Translations under genes and position numbers: made by a program
DNA from: an uncultured Chroococcidiopsis sp.
Lineage (GTDB): Bacteria > Cyanobacteriota > Cyanobacteriia > Cyanobacteriales > Chroococcidiopsidaceae
DNA: 64,000 bases
NCBI GenBank assembly: GCA_964248365.1
Contig: CAXTYC010000028.1
Span: 8,470 to 72,469, forward strand
Reading direction: 5' to 3'
The notes under the pieces: generated by a model
What the model was told of the DNA's origin: nothing
Seen by the model: only the letters and a program-made list of their open reading frames with translations
Database searches by the model: none
Part shown: in pieces, positions 30,099 to 40,460 of the stretch
How the letters are laid out: the number at the start of each line of letters is the position of its first letter
How positions within the stretch are numbered: the stretch's first letter is position 1

Positions 30099-32201
30099 TC
30101 AAGTTTCTATTAGCTTTTGTACTTGATTAATCAACTCTGTCATCGGAAAAAGATATTTTCCGATTTCTGGATGGTCTTTTAAATTTTTCAAAACACGAGA
30201 GTTATCTGGAATAAAAAAGATGTGTTTGTAAGATACAAGTTCAGTTTTTTTTTCACTTAAATCAGAATCTTCACTTATTACCCACAAAATATTGCTAATT
30301 TTATGTTGATTGTAAAATTCATCTTCTGTCGTATAAGTCTGCTTCCATCTTTCACGCAAAGTTCTTTTTAAAGTTACTCCTATATACCATCCACTTTTCG
30401 TTTCAACCCAGTTATCTATTTCTAGCCCTGCCGTAAGCATAGGTTTTCCACCTGTTTTAATCCCAAAATAATTAAAAATGAATTCAATACTATTTTCTAA
30501 AGCTCTGCCTGCTCTAGTTTTTCTTTTTTGTGCAACTCTTTTTTCATACTCTTGGCATAATGCTGTTAATACAACATCCAAATCACTTTCACATATATTT
30601 TCATCAAAAATATTTAATCTTGCTCCCAAGTTTTCTTTTACACTTCTATATATTTCAACGATTAAATCTCGTTCTTTATTAATAGCCAGCATTCCTGTAA
30701 AATCATCCCACTCTCTAATCAATGTCACTAAACCTTGCTCTTTTTTTGTATCAAGTATAGCTTTCGCATACTTTTTAACAAAGTCATTGGTTTCAGTTAC
30801 TGGCACTTTTTCTAGTGCTGCATTAGTAGGGATCATTAATTCTTTTATTGCTATTGCAAAAATCAAATAATCTTTAGGAGTTATTAAAATTTTTTCTAAA
30901 TCTATTAACAATTTTTCATATTCAAGTCTAATCCTACTATCTTCTACTAATTGCTCGAACAACGATTGCTCAAAAACAGAACGTAAAATTTTTAGTTGAT
31001 TTTCTACTGTTTCTTCTCTTAAAGATGTAAGCTTATAGGTGGTTGTTAAAGTATTGTAGATTGTTTCAATGCGTTTAGTATCTTTTCCTAATTGTTTAGC
31101 GCCGCTTCTAATTATGTAGCGCAAATACCAGTAACATTTCTCCCAAACTGTTAAGTTAGTTACTGTTTTAAATCCTGCCTGTTGTAGTTCTTCTGGTCGA
31201 TATGTCATGGTATCAAGTTTTTCCAAAATGTTTGCTGCTATTTTAACTACCACAGGTACAGCAACACCATTACCAAACTGCCTGTAAGCAGCAGCAGCAC
31301 TTTCAGGCAGTATAAATTCTTCAGGGAAACCTTGTAATCTTGCACACTCACGGGGTGTCAACATTCTAGGGTTTTTACCTTCTTGTACAATTAAACATTC
31401 TTTTCCATCTTTGTAGTATCTTGAAACTAAAGTATTAGATGGTTTGTCCAAATTTGCTAATTGTACAACAAATCCAACTCCTCTTTCTTTATTTCTTTCT
31501 GAGCGTTTTTGATGTCCTGCCCACAGCTTGTCAGATATGGTAAATTTATCTGATACAGTTTCTTCTAGTATTGACCTTAAAGGTATCGCCACGCCTTGAA
31601 TATCTGGAAACTCATAATTTAAATTTTCTCTAAAACAAACCATGTAAAATCTCTCTCGTCTTTGAGGAACAAGAGAGCTAGAGTCTATAATTTTGCAATG
31701 TAACGAATAATTTAATTTATTTTCAATAAGTTCTTTAACTATATTGAATGTTTTTCCTTTGTCGTGAGAAGGAAAATTTTTCACGTTTTCTAATAGTAAT
31801 ACTTTCGGTCTTTTTACCTGCGCTATTCTGATAATATCAAAAAATAGATTTCCCTGCTCCAAATCATCAAAACCATGATTTTGACCCAGATAATTCCTGG
31901 CTGATACTCCGGCTAGACTAAAAGGTTGACAAGGAAACCCAGCAGTTAATAAATCATGTGAGGGAATAAGCTGGTCTAGTTGTTCATCTGATATTTCTAT
32001 TTTTGTAAATTCTTTAATATCTCCACTCGGACATTCACCAAAGTTTGTTTTATAGGTTCTTCTCGCTGTTGCATCAATTTCTGACGAGAATACACACTTT
32101 CCGCCAAGTGCTTGTAAAGCTATCCTAAAGCCTCCTATTCCGGCAAATAAATCTATGAATGTAAACTTTGGTTTTTCTGGTGGTGGGAATGGAATATTCA
32201 T
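30099..32201 (-). CDS. Fused C5-cytosine DNA methyltransferase plus EcoRII-C/SsoII-like restriction endonuclease
   Basis: N-half: DLFAGIGG, GFPCQPFS, ENV, QRRER, TPRECARLQGFP, QFGNGV. C-half (from MTYRPEE at 31208): RKTRAGRALE, EID, KRTLRERWKQ. No stop between the halves; visibly AT-rich. Confidence 0.88.
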   Translation of the reverse strand: MNIPFPPPEKPKFTFIDLFAGIGGFRIALQALGGKCVFSSEIDATARRTYKTNFGECPSGDIKEFTKIEISDEQLDQLIPSHDLLTAGFPCQPFSLAGVSARNYLGQNHGFDDLEQGNLFFDIIRIAQVKRPKVLLLENVKNFPSHDKGKTFNIVKELIENKLNYSLHCKIIDSSSLVPQRRERFYMVCFRENLNYEFPDIQGVAIPLRSILEETVSDKFTISDKLWAGHQKRSERNKERGVGFVVQLANLDKPSNTLVSRYYKDGKECLIVQEGKNPRMLTPRECARLQGFPEEFILPESAAAAYRQFGNGVAVPVVVKIAANILEKLDTMTYRPEELQQAGFKTVTNLTVWEKCYWYLRYIIRSGAKQLGKDTKRIETIYNTLTTTYKLTSLREETVENQLKILRSVFEQSLFEQLVEDSRIRLEYEKLLIDLEKILITPKDYLIFAIAIKELMIPTNAALEKVPVTETNDFVKKYAKAILDTKKEQGLVTLIREWDDFTGMLAINKERDLIVEIYRSVKENLGARLNIFDENICESDLDVVLTALCQEYEKRVAQKRKTRAGRALENSIEFIFNYFGIKTGGKPMLTAGLEIDNWVETKSGWYIGVTLKRTLRERWKQTYTTEDEFYNQHKISNILWVISEDSDLSEKKTELVSYKHIFFIPDNSRVLKNLKDHPEIGKYLFPMTELINQVQKLIET

Positions 32202-32430
32202 CTAATTCAACGGTGAATTGTAAGCCCTGACAAGAAGCGTTAGAGTTGCAAATATAGCATAGGTTATTTTTGGTTAACCTTGTGATGAGTCATTTATATT
32301 TATAGTTAACTGATTCAGTTGTGTAGCTTTTGTCTTGGAAAATATTGGGGAAGGCGTAGCCTTGCCAATTTTTCCGCTGGGCGTTGCGGGTACTTTCGCT
32401 TCAGTGCAATATTTAGGGCTATGTACGAAC

Positions 32431-32451
32431 TTTGACAGGCTGTCTTTTGAC
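32431..32451 (+). promoter_or_regulatory. Candidate PetR operator overlapping the petJ -35 region
   Basis: TTTGACAGGCTGTCTTTTGAC with GAC-N5-GTC, starting 98 bp before the petJ start. Confidence 0.7.
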
Positions 32452-32528
32452 TAAAACAGCAGGCTTGCCTAAAAATTAGGTTTGGCATTTTGTGCCAAAT
32501 GCGCGTTTTTAAAGAAAGGAGAGCCACT

Positions 32529-32864
32529 GTGAAAAAGATTTTATCACTCCTACTGCTGGCTGTAGCGTTTTTTACCATCGCCTTCAGCCGTCCGGCTTTA
32601 GCTGCGGATGCAGCCAACGGAGCAAAAATTTTTAGTGCCAACTGTGCCGCTTGTCACATGGGTGGGCGCAATGTTGTCATGGCTGCAAAAACTTTGCAAA
32701 AAGAAGCCCTTGAAAAATACAACATGAACTCGCTAGAGGCGATTGTCAATCAAGTACACAATGGCAAAAATGCCATGCCTGCCTTCAAGGGTAAATTAAA
32801 TGATCAGCAAATTGAAGATGTAGCAACCTACGTACTGGAACAATCAGAAAAAGGTTGGAGTTAA
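32529..32864 (+). CDS. petJ: Cytochrome c6
   Basis: GTG start after AAAGGAG, signal peptide, [29 protein letters not shown]. Confidence 0.97.
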   Translation: MKKILSLLLLAVAFFTIAFSRPALAADAANGAKIFSANCAACHMGGRNVVMAAKTLQKEALEKYNMNSLEAIVNQVHNGKNAMPAFKGKLNDQQIEDVATYVLEQSEKGWS

Positions 32865-32947
32865 GAAAATTCGAAATTCGGAATTCGAAATTCGAAATTG
32901 ATGATTCTTTCCCTAGCAAGAGCGCCCCTAACCCCTAGCCCCTATTT

Positions 32948-33556
32948 ATGAATTGCCTTTACCGTATCATTTTCATCTTCATTCTGGCAGCTGCCATGAT
33001 GTTTTTGCCGCAGCCTATATCAATAGCAGCCACGAATATTAACCACACAAATCAATTGAGCGCTGACGACTTGTTCAAACGCGGAGTATATGAGGCGCTA
33101 ATTGGCAACTACAAGCTAGCAATTGAGGACTTTAACCAAGTGATTCAGATTCGTCCTAATGATGCTATAGCATACGCTAATAAAGGTTTAGCACGGGCGG
33201 CAACTGGAGAGCAACACGAAGCGATCGCAGATTTTAACTCTGCACTACGCCTCAATCCTGATCTAGAAGTTGCTTACTACAACCGAGGTTATATTCGCTT
33301 TGAACTGCAAGACTATCAAGGAGCGTTGGCAGACTTTAATCAAGCAATTGCGATCGATCCCCAAAATGCAGATGCTTATCACTGTCGCTGTCTAGTTCGC
33401 CACCAACTTGGAGATATGCGGGGAGTAGTTGAGGATTTACATACAAGCGGTGAACTCTATTTAAAACGAGGAAAGCTAGATAAATACCAAAGTTTACTCG
33501 ACGTAATTAAACAGTTGCATTCACCAACAAAAGCAAACTATTTTTCTATTTCTTAG
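32948..33556 (+). CDS. Exported TPR-repeat protein
   Basis: Signal peptide and TPR units (AIEDFNQVI, AIADFNSAL, ALADFNQAI). Confidence 0.9.
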   Translation: MNCLYRIIFIFILAAAMMFLPQPISIAATNINHTNQLSADDLFKRGVYEALIGNYKLAIEDFNQVIQIRPNDAIAYANKGLARAATGEQHEAIADFNSALRLNPDLEVAYYNRGYIRFELQDYQGALADFNQAIAIDPQNADAYHCRCLVRHQLGDMRGVVEDLHTSGELYLKRGKLDKYQSLLDVIKQLHSPTKANYFSIS

Positions 33557-33750
33557 AAAATGTCTGCGTAATTACATTAGCCAGTCGCCTGAGCATTAAC
33601 CGTTCTATTATGAGCAGCTTAACAATAAATCTATAACACTACCGTATTATCAAAAGGGTCAGGGCTAGGTCGCATATCCTCTATATATTATAGCCTCTTG
33701 CCTCTTGCCTCTTGCCTCTAAACCTATCATCACTAAAAATTAAATGTACA

Positions 33751-35466
33751 TCAGCTTATCTTTGTTGCAGCTTTGATACATTCAGCTTTGAGGAGAACTA
33801 AATTATCAGTCTTTATAACAGCACAAGCATCCATTAATGTCGATAAGATAGGGGGATTCTGTAAGTTATTAATCGCTTGTTGTGCTGCTGGCTGATATTG
33901 TTGCAACCAGTTATTATTAACTATATATTCAGACGTAAATGCAGAACGTTCTAACAACCAATAAGTAATGCGGTGTTTTTGGATGAAATCTTTAAGTTGG
34001 TTAATATTATGACTATATTGAGTGTTAATTAAATCAAGCATTCGCTGCTTGAATTGAGCGTAATATTTGGTATGGAAGGGTAAAGCGAATTCTTTACCTA
34101 CCAAAACCGACCTGTTCGCAAAGATGGGAATGTTATCTGCTTCTTCAGAAGTGGATGCAATGACAATATCTTGCGGTTGTTGCAGTAAAAACTCATACAA
34201 TACAGGTACAGTACCCGTTACATAGGGAGTTTTGGGGAAAGATTTTAAAGTGCTAGGGTAAAAAATTAGCACAACACCAATAATACCTGCGCACCCGAAA
34301 GCGACAAATTGCCTTTTATTCGCTTTCGACCATTGCACTACAGCATCCACAATTACAGTCAGCGCGATCGCACTAGCTAAAGCAAGTACCATCTTAAAGG
34401 TATGATGGGTGTACCGACTAGGCCAATGTAGCTTAAATGCGACGGCATGAGCAGTAAAAAACATCGTTAAACACGCTATTACTACCTGTGGCAAAATTTT
34501 GATATTATCTTTTACCTGCTTAACTAGGGGAAAGCGAGACGGGAACTTGAGGATAATTGGTAATAAAAAGCCGATTAATAGTTGCAAAGGTGCAATTAAT
34601 GCCAAACAACCGCTATCTCTACCATCTAGCCAAAAACTAATAGTATTATGAGTAAAGTAACTGACTCTGCCTCCATGCCAATACTCTGGCATAGTTCGAG
34701 CGGAGGCAGCAGTAATTGTTGGTCCGAATTGACCCGCTTGAATTGCATAAGGTAAAATTATTGCACCACAAATAATCACCGCAGCAGCGAATAGTCGAAA
34801 ATCTTTGCGGTTTTGAGCAAAGCTGATTCTTCGATTATGTAAGCTAAATAACCTCAGAAATAAAATTAATAAATCTACGAAAGCTATTAAAGGATATATT
34901 AAAGCTTGGAGTGCGATCGCACTCAATGTACCTAACCAAGAATTTCGTAATAAATAATATATAAATGCCAAAAATAGCGGATAAATAAAATCTCTAGGAG
35001 TGGCAGAAAATAAATCATCGTGCAAACCAAGACTTTGGTTCAAAAGTAAGGTAGCCATAAATCCTGCCATTGGTACTGCGAGTATCTGCATACAGACTAC
35101 AAAGCAATAGCTAGTTGTAATCGTTCCCACCACTATTGGGAAAATTTTGCTAAACGAAATCGGGTCGATGCCAAGAAAAGTAGTTATTTTATAAATAAGA
35201 CTATACCCAATTGGTGTAACTGACTGAAAATAATCAGCAATCAAATCATTTGGAAATAAATTTTTGTTGAAGTAGCGATATACCCAAGGGAGATATTCTC
35301 GTGCATCATCGCTAACTACATACTTACTACTAAAACCTTGCCGCATTCCGATGACAATGTAAGTAATCGCAAAAGCTAGGCTTAAGCTGTACCAAAAAAT
35401 CACAGCTGACCGAGATTTATTTTGTTGATTTTCTTGATTAATTGGTATTGTCGAAAATACTTGCAT
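33751..35466 (-). CDS. Polytopic membrane protein, possibly a GT-C-fold glycosyltransferase
   Basis: Many hydrophobic helices, an acidic DD motif after TM1 (VSDDARE) and a soluble C-terminal domain. Confidence 0.6.
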   Translation of the reverse strand: MQVFSTIPINQENQQNKSRSAVIFWYSLSLAFAITYIVIGMRQGFSSKYVVSDDAREYLPWVYRYFNKNLFPNDLIADYFQSVTPIGYSLIYKITTFLGIDPISFSKIFPIVVGTITTSYCFVVCMQILAVPMAGFMATLLLNQSLGLHDDLFSATPRDFIYPLFLAFIYYLLRNSWLGTLSAIALQALIYPLIAFVDLLILFLRLFSLHNRRISFAQNRKDFRLFAAAVIICGAIILPYAIQAGQFGPTITAASARTMPEYWHGGRVSYFTHNTISFWLDGRDSGCLALIAPLQLLIGFLLPIILKFPSRFPLVKQVKDNIKILPQVVIACLTMFFTAHAVAFKLHWPSRYTHHTFKMVLALASAIALTVIVDAVVQWSKANKRQFVAFGCAGIIGVVLIFYPSTLKSFPKTPYVTGTVPVLYEFLLQQPQDIVIASTSEEADNIPIFANRSVLVGKEFALPFHTKYYAQFKQRMLDLINTQYSHNINQLKDFIQKHRITYWLLERSAFTSEYIVNNNWLQQYQPAAQQAINNLQNPPILSTLMDACAVIKTDNLVLLKAECIKAATKIS

Positions 35467-35962
35467 TTGGCTCTTACAGTAAAAACATAAGCCCACTTTA
35501 CTATATTTGGTGTTGGTTATTACCTAACGAACCGCAAAATATAAAAGTTTGTAACTACTCAGGTTGCAGAGGAAGAAAAACAGGGACTTCCATAAAAACT
35601 TGCAAGCTGTAAAAAATCCGTTGATGCCAGGCTGAGCCTGGAAATGAAGCATTTTCTACTCGCACTCAGGCTTAGCCCACAAGGCATAGGGCGCTCTGCT
35701 CCCTACCGTTTGCATACTCATAGGCATTACCAACCTTTCTGATTAAATACCACAGAATTAACTCCTAAATTCTTAAAGATTTTAAGTATTTCTTAAGTGA
35801 TATTACTGATGACCCAAGTTAGCATGGCTAGGCTAACTTAGTACAAATAAATTCAGCCTTTGCAAGTTTCAAATCCCCATTTGAAGGGAAAGAAACTTTG
35901 CTATAAAGCTTGAATTATCTTCATCAATTCAGCAATTCATTTATAACTCATCTGTCTTTTCT

Positions 35963-37093
35963 GTGGCACTTCCAACAGTTACTCCAGGTCAATCACTTAG
36001 CCCTCAACAAAAAACGGGTTTAAATCTAGTTACTCATTTACACAAAGGACGTGATGTTGTATTAGCAATTGACCTGACCGAGAGTGTAGGAATAAACAGC
36101 GAAGGTCGCATCCGCCTACGTCAGATTATAGAAGATAGCTTAAAGCCTGGGGATTCAGTATATGTTGTTCCTTTTGCATCTGATGTAAGTTCACTTGAGA
36201 GCGTATCAGATTCAAATCCATTGGGAACCCCGATCAATTTTGGTAGCAAAAGTCAAGACAATATTGAAAAAATTTTACAAAAAATACCACAATCAGCCGA
36301 TTTAAAGCTGCAAAATACAGATATTCAACGAGCAGAGTTAACCGTTTATCAAGGTGTAGCTCAACTGAATCAAAATCGTCTGCAACAAAATCAACCAATC
36401 AAGCCACAATCAATTGTTTGGATTACTGATGCGCCACTTTTAGCTAATTCAGGTAAAGAGTGGATTGAAACTCCAGCTAATAGCCCTTTTAGAGTAAAAG
36501 ATTCTCCAGAAAGTCAAGCTCGTCAGGCTTGGCTGAAAACTTTACCGTTGCATAAACGAGAGTTATTAATTAAGAATAACCATAAAGAATACAAAATTGC
36601 TGTTGTTGATATAGATCCAACCGTTCAAGAGTTTTGCACTATAGCACCCAGCGGTCAGGAAATTTGTAAAGTAAATTCTTACTTATTTGGGCAGTTATGG
36701 TTCCCTACATTAATATTATCTCTTGGATTAGCTTTTATCCCATTTTTACTGTGGTATTTGATTAGTCTTCGCAAAAAATGGCGGATTATAGTAACTTCTG
36801 ATTTTAACGAAGATGAAAAAGAATGCCGTCCTCTACTACCTGGTAAATGTTACGCCATTGGTGCGGCAGACTCTAGGTGTGTAGATGAAATTGAGTGTCC
36901 TGGTTCAGAAGTAAGAGCTTATCTAGAACGTAGAGGCAATCAACTTTATTTAGTGCCTACTATATTAGCACCAATTCACTGGAATGGTAAAGAACTTATT
37001 AAGCGGACTCGCTTAACTGGTAATCGAATAAAACTGAATTGCCCCGACGAAAAAAGTGGTGATTTCTATATCGACCTCAAACTTAAGAAATAA
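35963..37093 (+). CDS. vWA-domain protein with one TM helix and a small C-terminal beta-rich (FHA-like) domain
   Basis: DVVLAIDLTES (MIDAS-like), VVPFA, NTDI, VWITDA; TM LWFPTLILSLGLAFIPFLLWYL; C-terminal AIG...WNG pattern. Confidence 0.8.
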   Translation: MALPTVTPGQSLSPQQKTGLNLVTHLHKGRDVVLAIDLTESVGINSEGRIRLRQIIEDSLKPGDSVYVVPFASDVSSLESVSDSNPLGTPINFGSKSQDNIEKILQKIPQSADLKLQNTDIQRAELTVYQGVAQLNQNRLQQNQPIKPQSIVWITDAPLLANSGKEWIETPANSPFRVKDSPESQARQAWLKTLPLHKRELLIKNNHKEYKIAVVDIDPTVQEFCTIAPSGQEICKVNSYLFGQLWFPTLILSLGLAFIPFLLWYLISLRKKWRIIVTSDFNEDEKECRPLLPGKCYAIGAADSRCVDEIECPGSEVRAYLERRGNQLYLVPTILAPIHWNGKELIKRTRLTGNRIKLNCPDEKSGDFYIDLKLKK

Positions 37094-37113
37094 CTTTATA
37101 ACGAAGGTAAATT

Positions 37114-40100
37114 ATGTACAATCAATCTTCGGCAAATGAAAGACAGTATCAGGGAATCAACCGTACTATTTGCATCGGCTTAGGAGGTACAGGTAGAGAT
37201 GTATTAATGCGAATTCGTCGTCTAATTGTAGACCAATACAAAGATTTGAGTAACTTACCCGTTGTTAGCTTTGTTCATATTGATACTGACAAAGAAGCAA
37301 CTCAATCTGTTAGTTTGCGTACAGGTAACATCTATCAAGGTGTTGACTTGGGATTTCAAGATGCAGAAAAAGTCAACGCTACAATGACGGCGCAGCAAGT
37401 TTCTGAGTTAGTTCAAGGACTAGAGCAATGTCGTTCTAACCGTCTTCAACCCAGTCCTTACGAACATATTGCTCAGTGGTTCCCGCCACAGCTTTTACGC
37501 AATGTCAGAGCAATAGATCAAGGTGCACAAGGTATTAGACCTGTAGGTAGATTAGCCTTCTTTCACAACTATCTGAAAATTAAGCAAGCTATTGAAATCG
37601 CAGAACAGCGGACAAGAGGACATGAGCAAGATTTACTGCGAAATTTTGGTTTAATTGTTGACCCAGGATTGAATATTGTTGTTGTAGGTTCTCTGTGCGG
37701 TGGTACAGGTAGTGGCACATTTTTAGACATAGCTTATAGTCTTAGATATGCCTACCCTGATGTCAAACAACTTCTCGGTTATTTAGTTATTAGTCCTGAG
37801 TTATATGGTAACACTCCTAATATGTGTGCCAATACTTACGCTGCTTTGATGGAACTTGACTATTATTCTAGCCCTGGTACAGAGTTTAAGGCTTGCTATA
37901 ACCAGCAATATCTCACAGTTGTACAAGAAAAACGTCCTCCTTTTGACTATACTTATTTAGTTTCTAAATCTACTGAGCAGGGTAATTATGTTATTGATAA
38001 ACAGCGAAAGCTTTGTAATGTAATTGCTCATAAGATTGCTCTAGATTTTTCGAGCGAATTGGCTCCCATTGTCAAGGGAATGAGAGATAATTTTGCTCAA
38101 CATCTAATTCAGGAAGACGATCATCCTCGTCCTAATAGCCAAGGGTATCTAACATTTGGGTTAGCTGCTATTTATTTTCCACGCGATCGCATTTCCCAAA
38201 TCACAGTAGCACGGATTAATTCAAAACTAGTTAATTTCTGGCTGATGGGAGAAGGACAAAGCCCAGATCCTGTTAAATTGCTAGATCAATTTCTAATTGA
38301 ATATCGCTGGCACAGTAATTTAGACAAAAAAGATGGTCTAATTACGAAACTAGAAGCAACAACCCTAGAATCAGAAAAAAATTTCACTAACTTAATGAAT
38401 GCTTGGAAAACTAAGCAAGAAAATAAAATTAGTGAATGCAAAAATAAAGACGATCGCTCTAGTTTGCTCCGACAACTACAAAGAGATTTCAAAGAGCAAT
38501 TTTATAAGATTAAATTTGGAGAAACAGAAAGTAACAGAGGAATTTGGTTAACCAAGCTAATTAAGAGTCGTGCAAATTTAGCTTTGCAACTGCGGCAAGA
38601 TATTGATAGTTACTTATCTGGTATACTTACACCCAGTAACCAACACTTTTCTATTGCCAACGTTCGTAACTGGCTAGATACTCTTCAGACAGAGTTGAAT
38701 ACCTATCAATATGATTTAGAAGAAAAAATCAGAGGATTGAATAATTCCAGAAACCTGGAAGAACTAGAGAAGAAATGGGAACAGACAAACAAAACTATTC
38801 AAGACATTGAGGAAGAATTTAACTTACCAGTATTCAGTAATAAAAACAGTCGTGTACAAGATGAAGCAAGAAAGGTAGCTAAAGAGACTGAAAATGCTAT
38901 TAAACATAACTTTAATCTGGCTGTAGCACTTGAAGCTCTAGAAATCGTTAAGGTTTTACAACAGCACACGCAAATAAGAGCTAGTCAGTCAACCAACTTA
39001 TATCGCCTAGTAGATGACTTAAAAAGTCACTATGAGAAAATGCAAGCTGCGCTCAAACAATCAAATTCTGACGAAATGAGCGGCGAGGAAATCTTTTCTG
39101 ATGAAGACCTTGATATTTGTTACAATGCTTTGTTGCCACAAAAAGAATACCGCTCTCAGGTTGTACAAATTACTCAGAAAATCTTAGAACCAATAGGAGT
39201 CGGACAATCTTTAGCAATTCTTTTAGATCAAAGTCTCACAAATACCGAACAGCTTAAACACGAAATTGACTCTACAGTTAACCATTTATTTGGTTCTCGT
39301 AGTGCTGATATTGTACAATCTGTAATCAAGCGCTTCACCCACAAATATCCGTCTTCAGAACGTGCAGTTCGGTTAGGACAAATTCTCCGCGAAGCTCAAC
39401 CGCTTCTACCGCTTAACTTAACTGCTCCATACTTTCACAATAATTCTGCTAAACAAAGTAAGCTGGTGGGTTTCAAAGTTACTGATGAGCCTGAAGTTAA
39501 ACAATTCAATACTGTTTTAACAGACAAATTGGCAATTCCAGATAACGTACTCAAGCCTACTCAAGCAGAGGATAAAGTTGTAATTGTCAGTGAATATGCT
39601 GCTTTTCCACTTAGATTAATTGATGGTTTGCAGCAGTTGAAAGATCATTACTACCTGCAAAGAAAACATTCGGCTAATGCTCCACTGCATAACGAGCGCC
39701 GCGACGACATATTTACAGACATTATTCCACCAGATGTATCAGTCATGCAGGATTTACAGGATATTTTCTATCCTTGTCTTGCTTTTGAATTAATTCAACA
39801 GAACCAGGAAACACAGCAACTAGAGTTTCAATATTTTGATGAATTCCGAGGTGTTTACAAAACAGATTCTCTTAGTCCAACTTGGAAACAAGGCCTTCAA
39901 GAATTGGTTAATAATTCTAACATGAGAGTGGCTCTCCAGCAATTACTTGATAGAGCCATTACAGACATAGAAAATCAACGGACAAAATGGCAGGGATACT
40001 ACTTGCCTAAACTCCAAAAATTTGTTGATCAGGTTGATAATTTGCCAGATGACGATATTAATTATCCTTACCGTTTTATGGTAGTTGGTTCACGGGGAAC

Positions 40101-40392
40101 TGATGACACTTCTGCTAAAGAAGGAGTTATTAACCGCTTTTATACACGAATGCAACAGCGAGTTAAAGCTTTACCAGAGCAAAATAAAGTTTTACCAGCA
40201 AGTACCCCAAGTCAAAAAGTTCTCACTGGCGAAGTAGTTGACGATTATGCAACAGATTCTGGTGACAATAGAACACGACGGCGGGTAGAACTGGAAAGGC
40301 TAAAACAGGATGTTGATGATGGCATTATTACCCAAGAAGAGTATGAATACGAACGCCAGGAAATCCTGAATAAATATCCTTTGCGGAGATAA
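37114..40392 (+). CDS. Large tubulin/FtsZ-like GTPase (Tubulin_2/FtsZl1 type) with a long helical region and SHOCT-like tail
   Basis: IGLGGTG, HIDTD, GAQGIRPVGRLAF, GSLCGGTGSG, NTYAALMEL; C-terminus ELERLKQDVDDGIITQEEYEYERQEIL. Confidence 0.9.
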   Translation: MYNQSSANERQYQGINRTICIGLGGTGRDVLMRIRRLIVDQYKDLSNLPVVSFVHIDTDKEATQSVSLRTGNIYQGVDLGFQDAEKVNATMTAQQVSELVQGLEQCRSNRLQPSPYEHIAQWFPPQLLRNVRAIDQGAQGIRPVGRLAFFHNYLKIKQAIEIAEQRTRGHEQDLLRNFGLIVDPGLNIVVVGSLCGGTGSGTFLDIAYSLRYAYPDVKQLLGYLVISPELYGNTPNMCANTYAALMELDYYSSPGTEFKACYNQQYLTVVQEKRPPFDYTYLVSKSTEQGNYVIDKQRKLCNVIAHKIALDFSSELAPIVKGMRDNFAQHLIQEDDHPRPNSQGYLTFGLAAIYFPRDRISQITVARINSKLVNFWLMGEGQSPDPVKLLDQFLIEYRWHSNLDKKDGLITKLEATTLESEKNFTNLMNAWKTKQENKISECKNKDDRSSLLRQLQRDFKEQFYKIKFGETESNRGIWLTKLIKSRANLALQLRQDIDSYLSGILTPSNQHFSIANVRNWLDTLQTELNTYQYDLEEKIRGLNNSRNLEELEKKWEQTNKTIQDIEEEFNLPVFSNKNSRVQDEARKVAKETENAIKHNFNLAVALEALEIVKVLQQHTQIRASQSTNLYRLVDDLKSHYEKMQAALKQSNSDEMSGEEIFSDEDLDICYNALLPQKEYRSQVVQITQKILEPIGVGQSLAILLDQSLTNTEQLKHEIDSTVNHLFGSRSADIVQSVIKRFTHKYPSSERAVRLGQILREAQPLLPLNLTAPYFHNNSAKQSKLVGFKVTDEPEVKQFNTVLTDKLAIPDNVLKPTQAEDKVVIVSEYAAFPLRLIDGLQQLKDHYYLQRKHSANAPLHNERRDDIFTDIIPPDVSVMQDLQDIFYPCLAFELIQQNQETQQLEFQYFDEFRGVYKTDSLSPTWKQGLQELVNNSNMRVALQQLLDRAITDIENQRTKWQGYYLPKLQKFVDQVDNLPDDDINYPYRFMVVGSRGTDDTSAKEGVINRFYTRMQQRVKALPEQNKVLPASTPSQKVLTGEVVDDYATDSGDNRTRRRVELERLKQDVDDGIITQEEYEYERQEILNKYPLRR

Positions 40393-40460
40393 GTATTTAG
40401 TGTTTTTTTAGGTGGGCAATGCCCACCCTACGGATTTATCTAATTTGAGATTAAAAGTTT

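Noticed and set aside
32315..32641. 108-aa minus-strand ORF and similar short antisense ORFs across the window
   Set aside because: These are shadows of well-supported genes on the other strand (here petJ) and have no motifs of their own.
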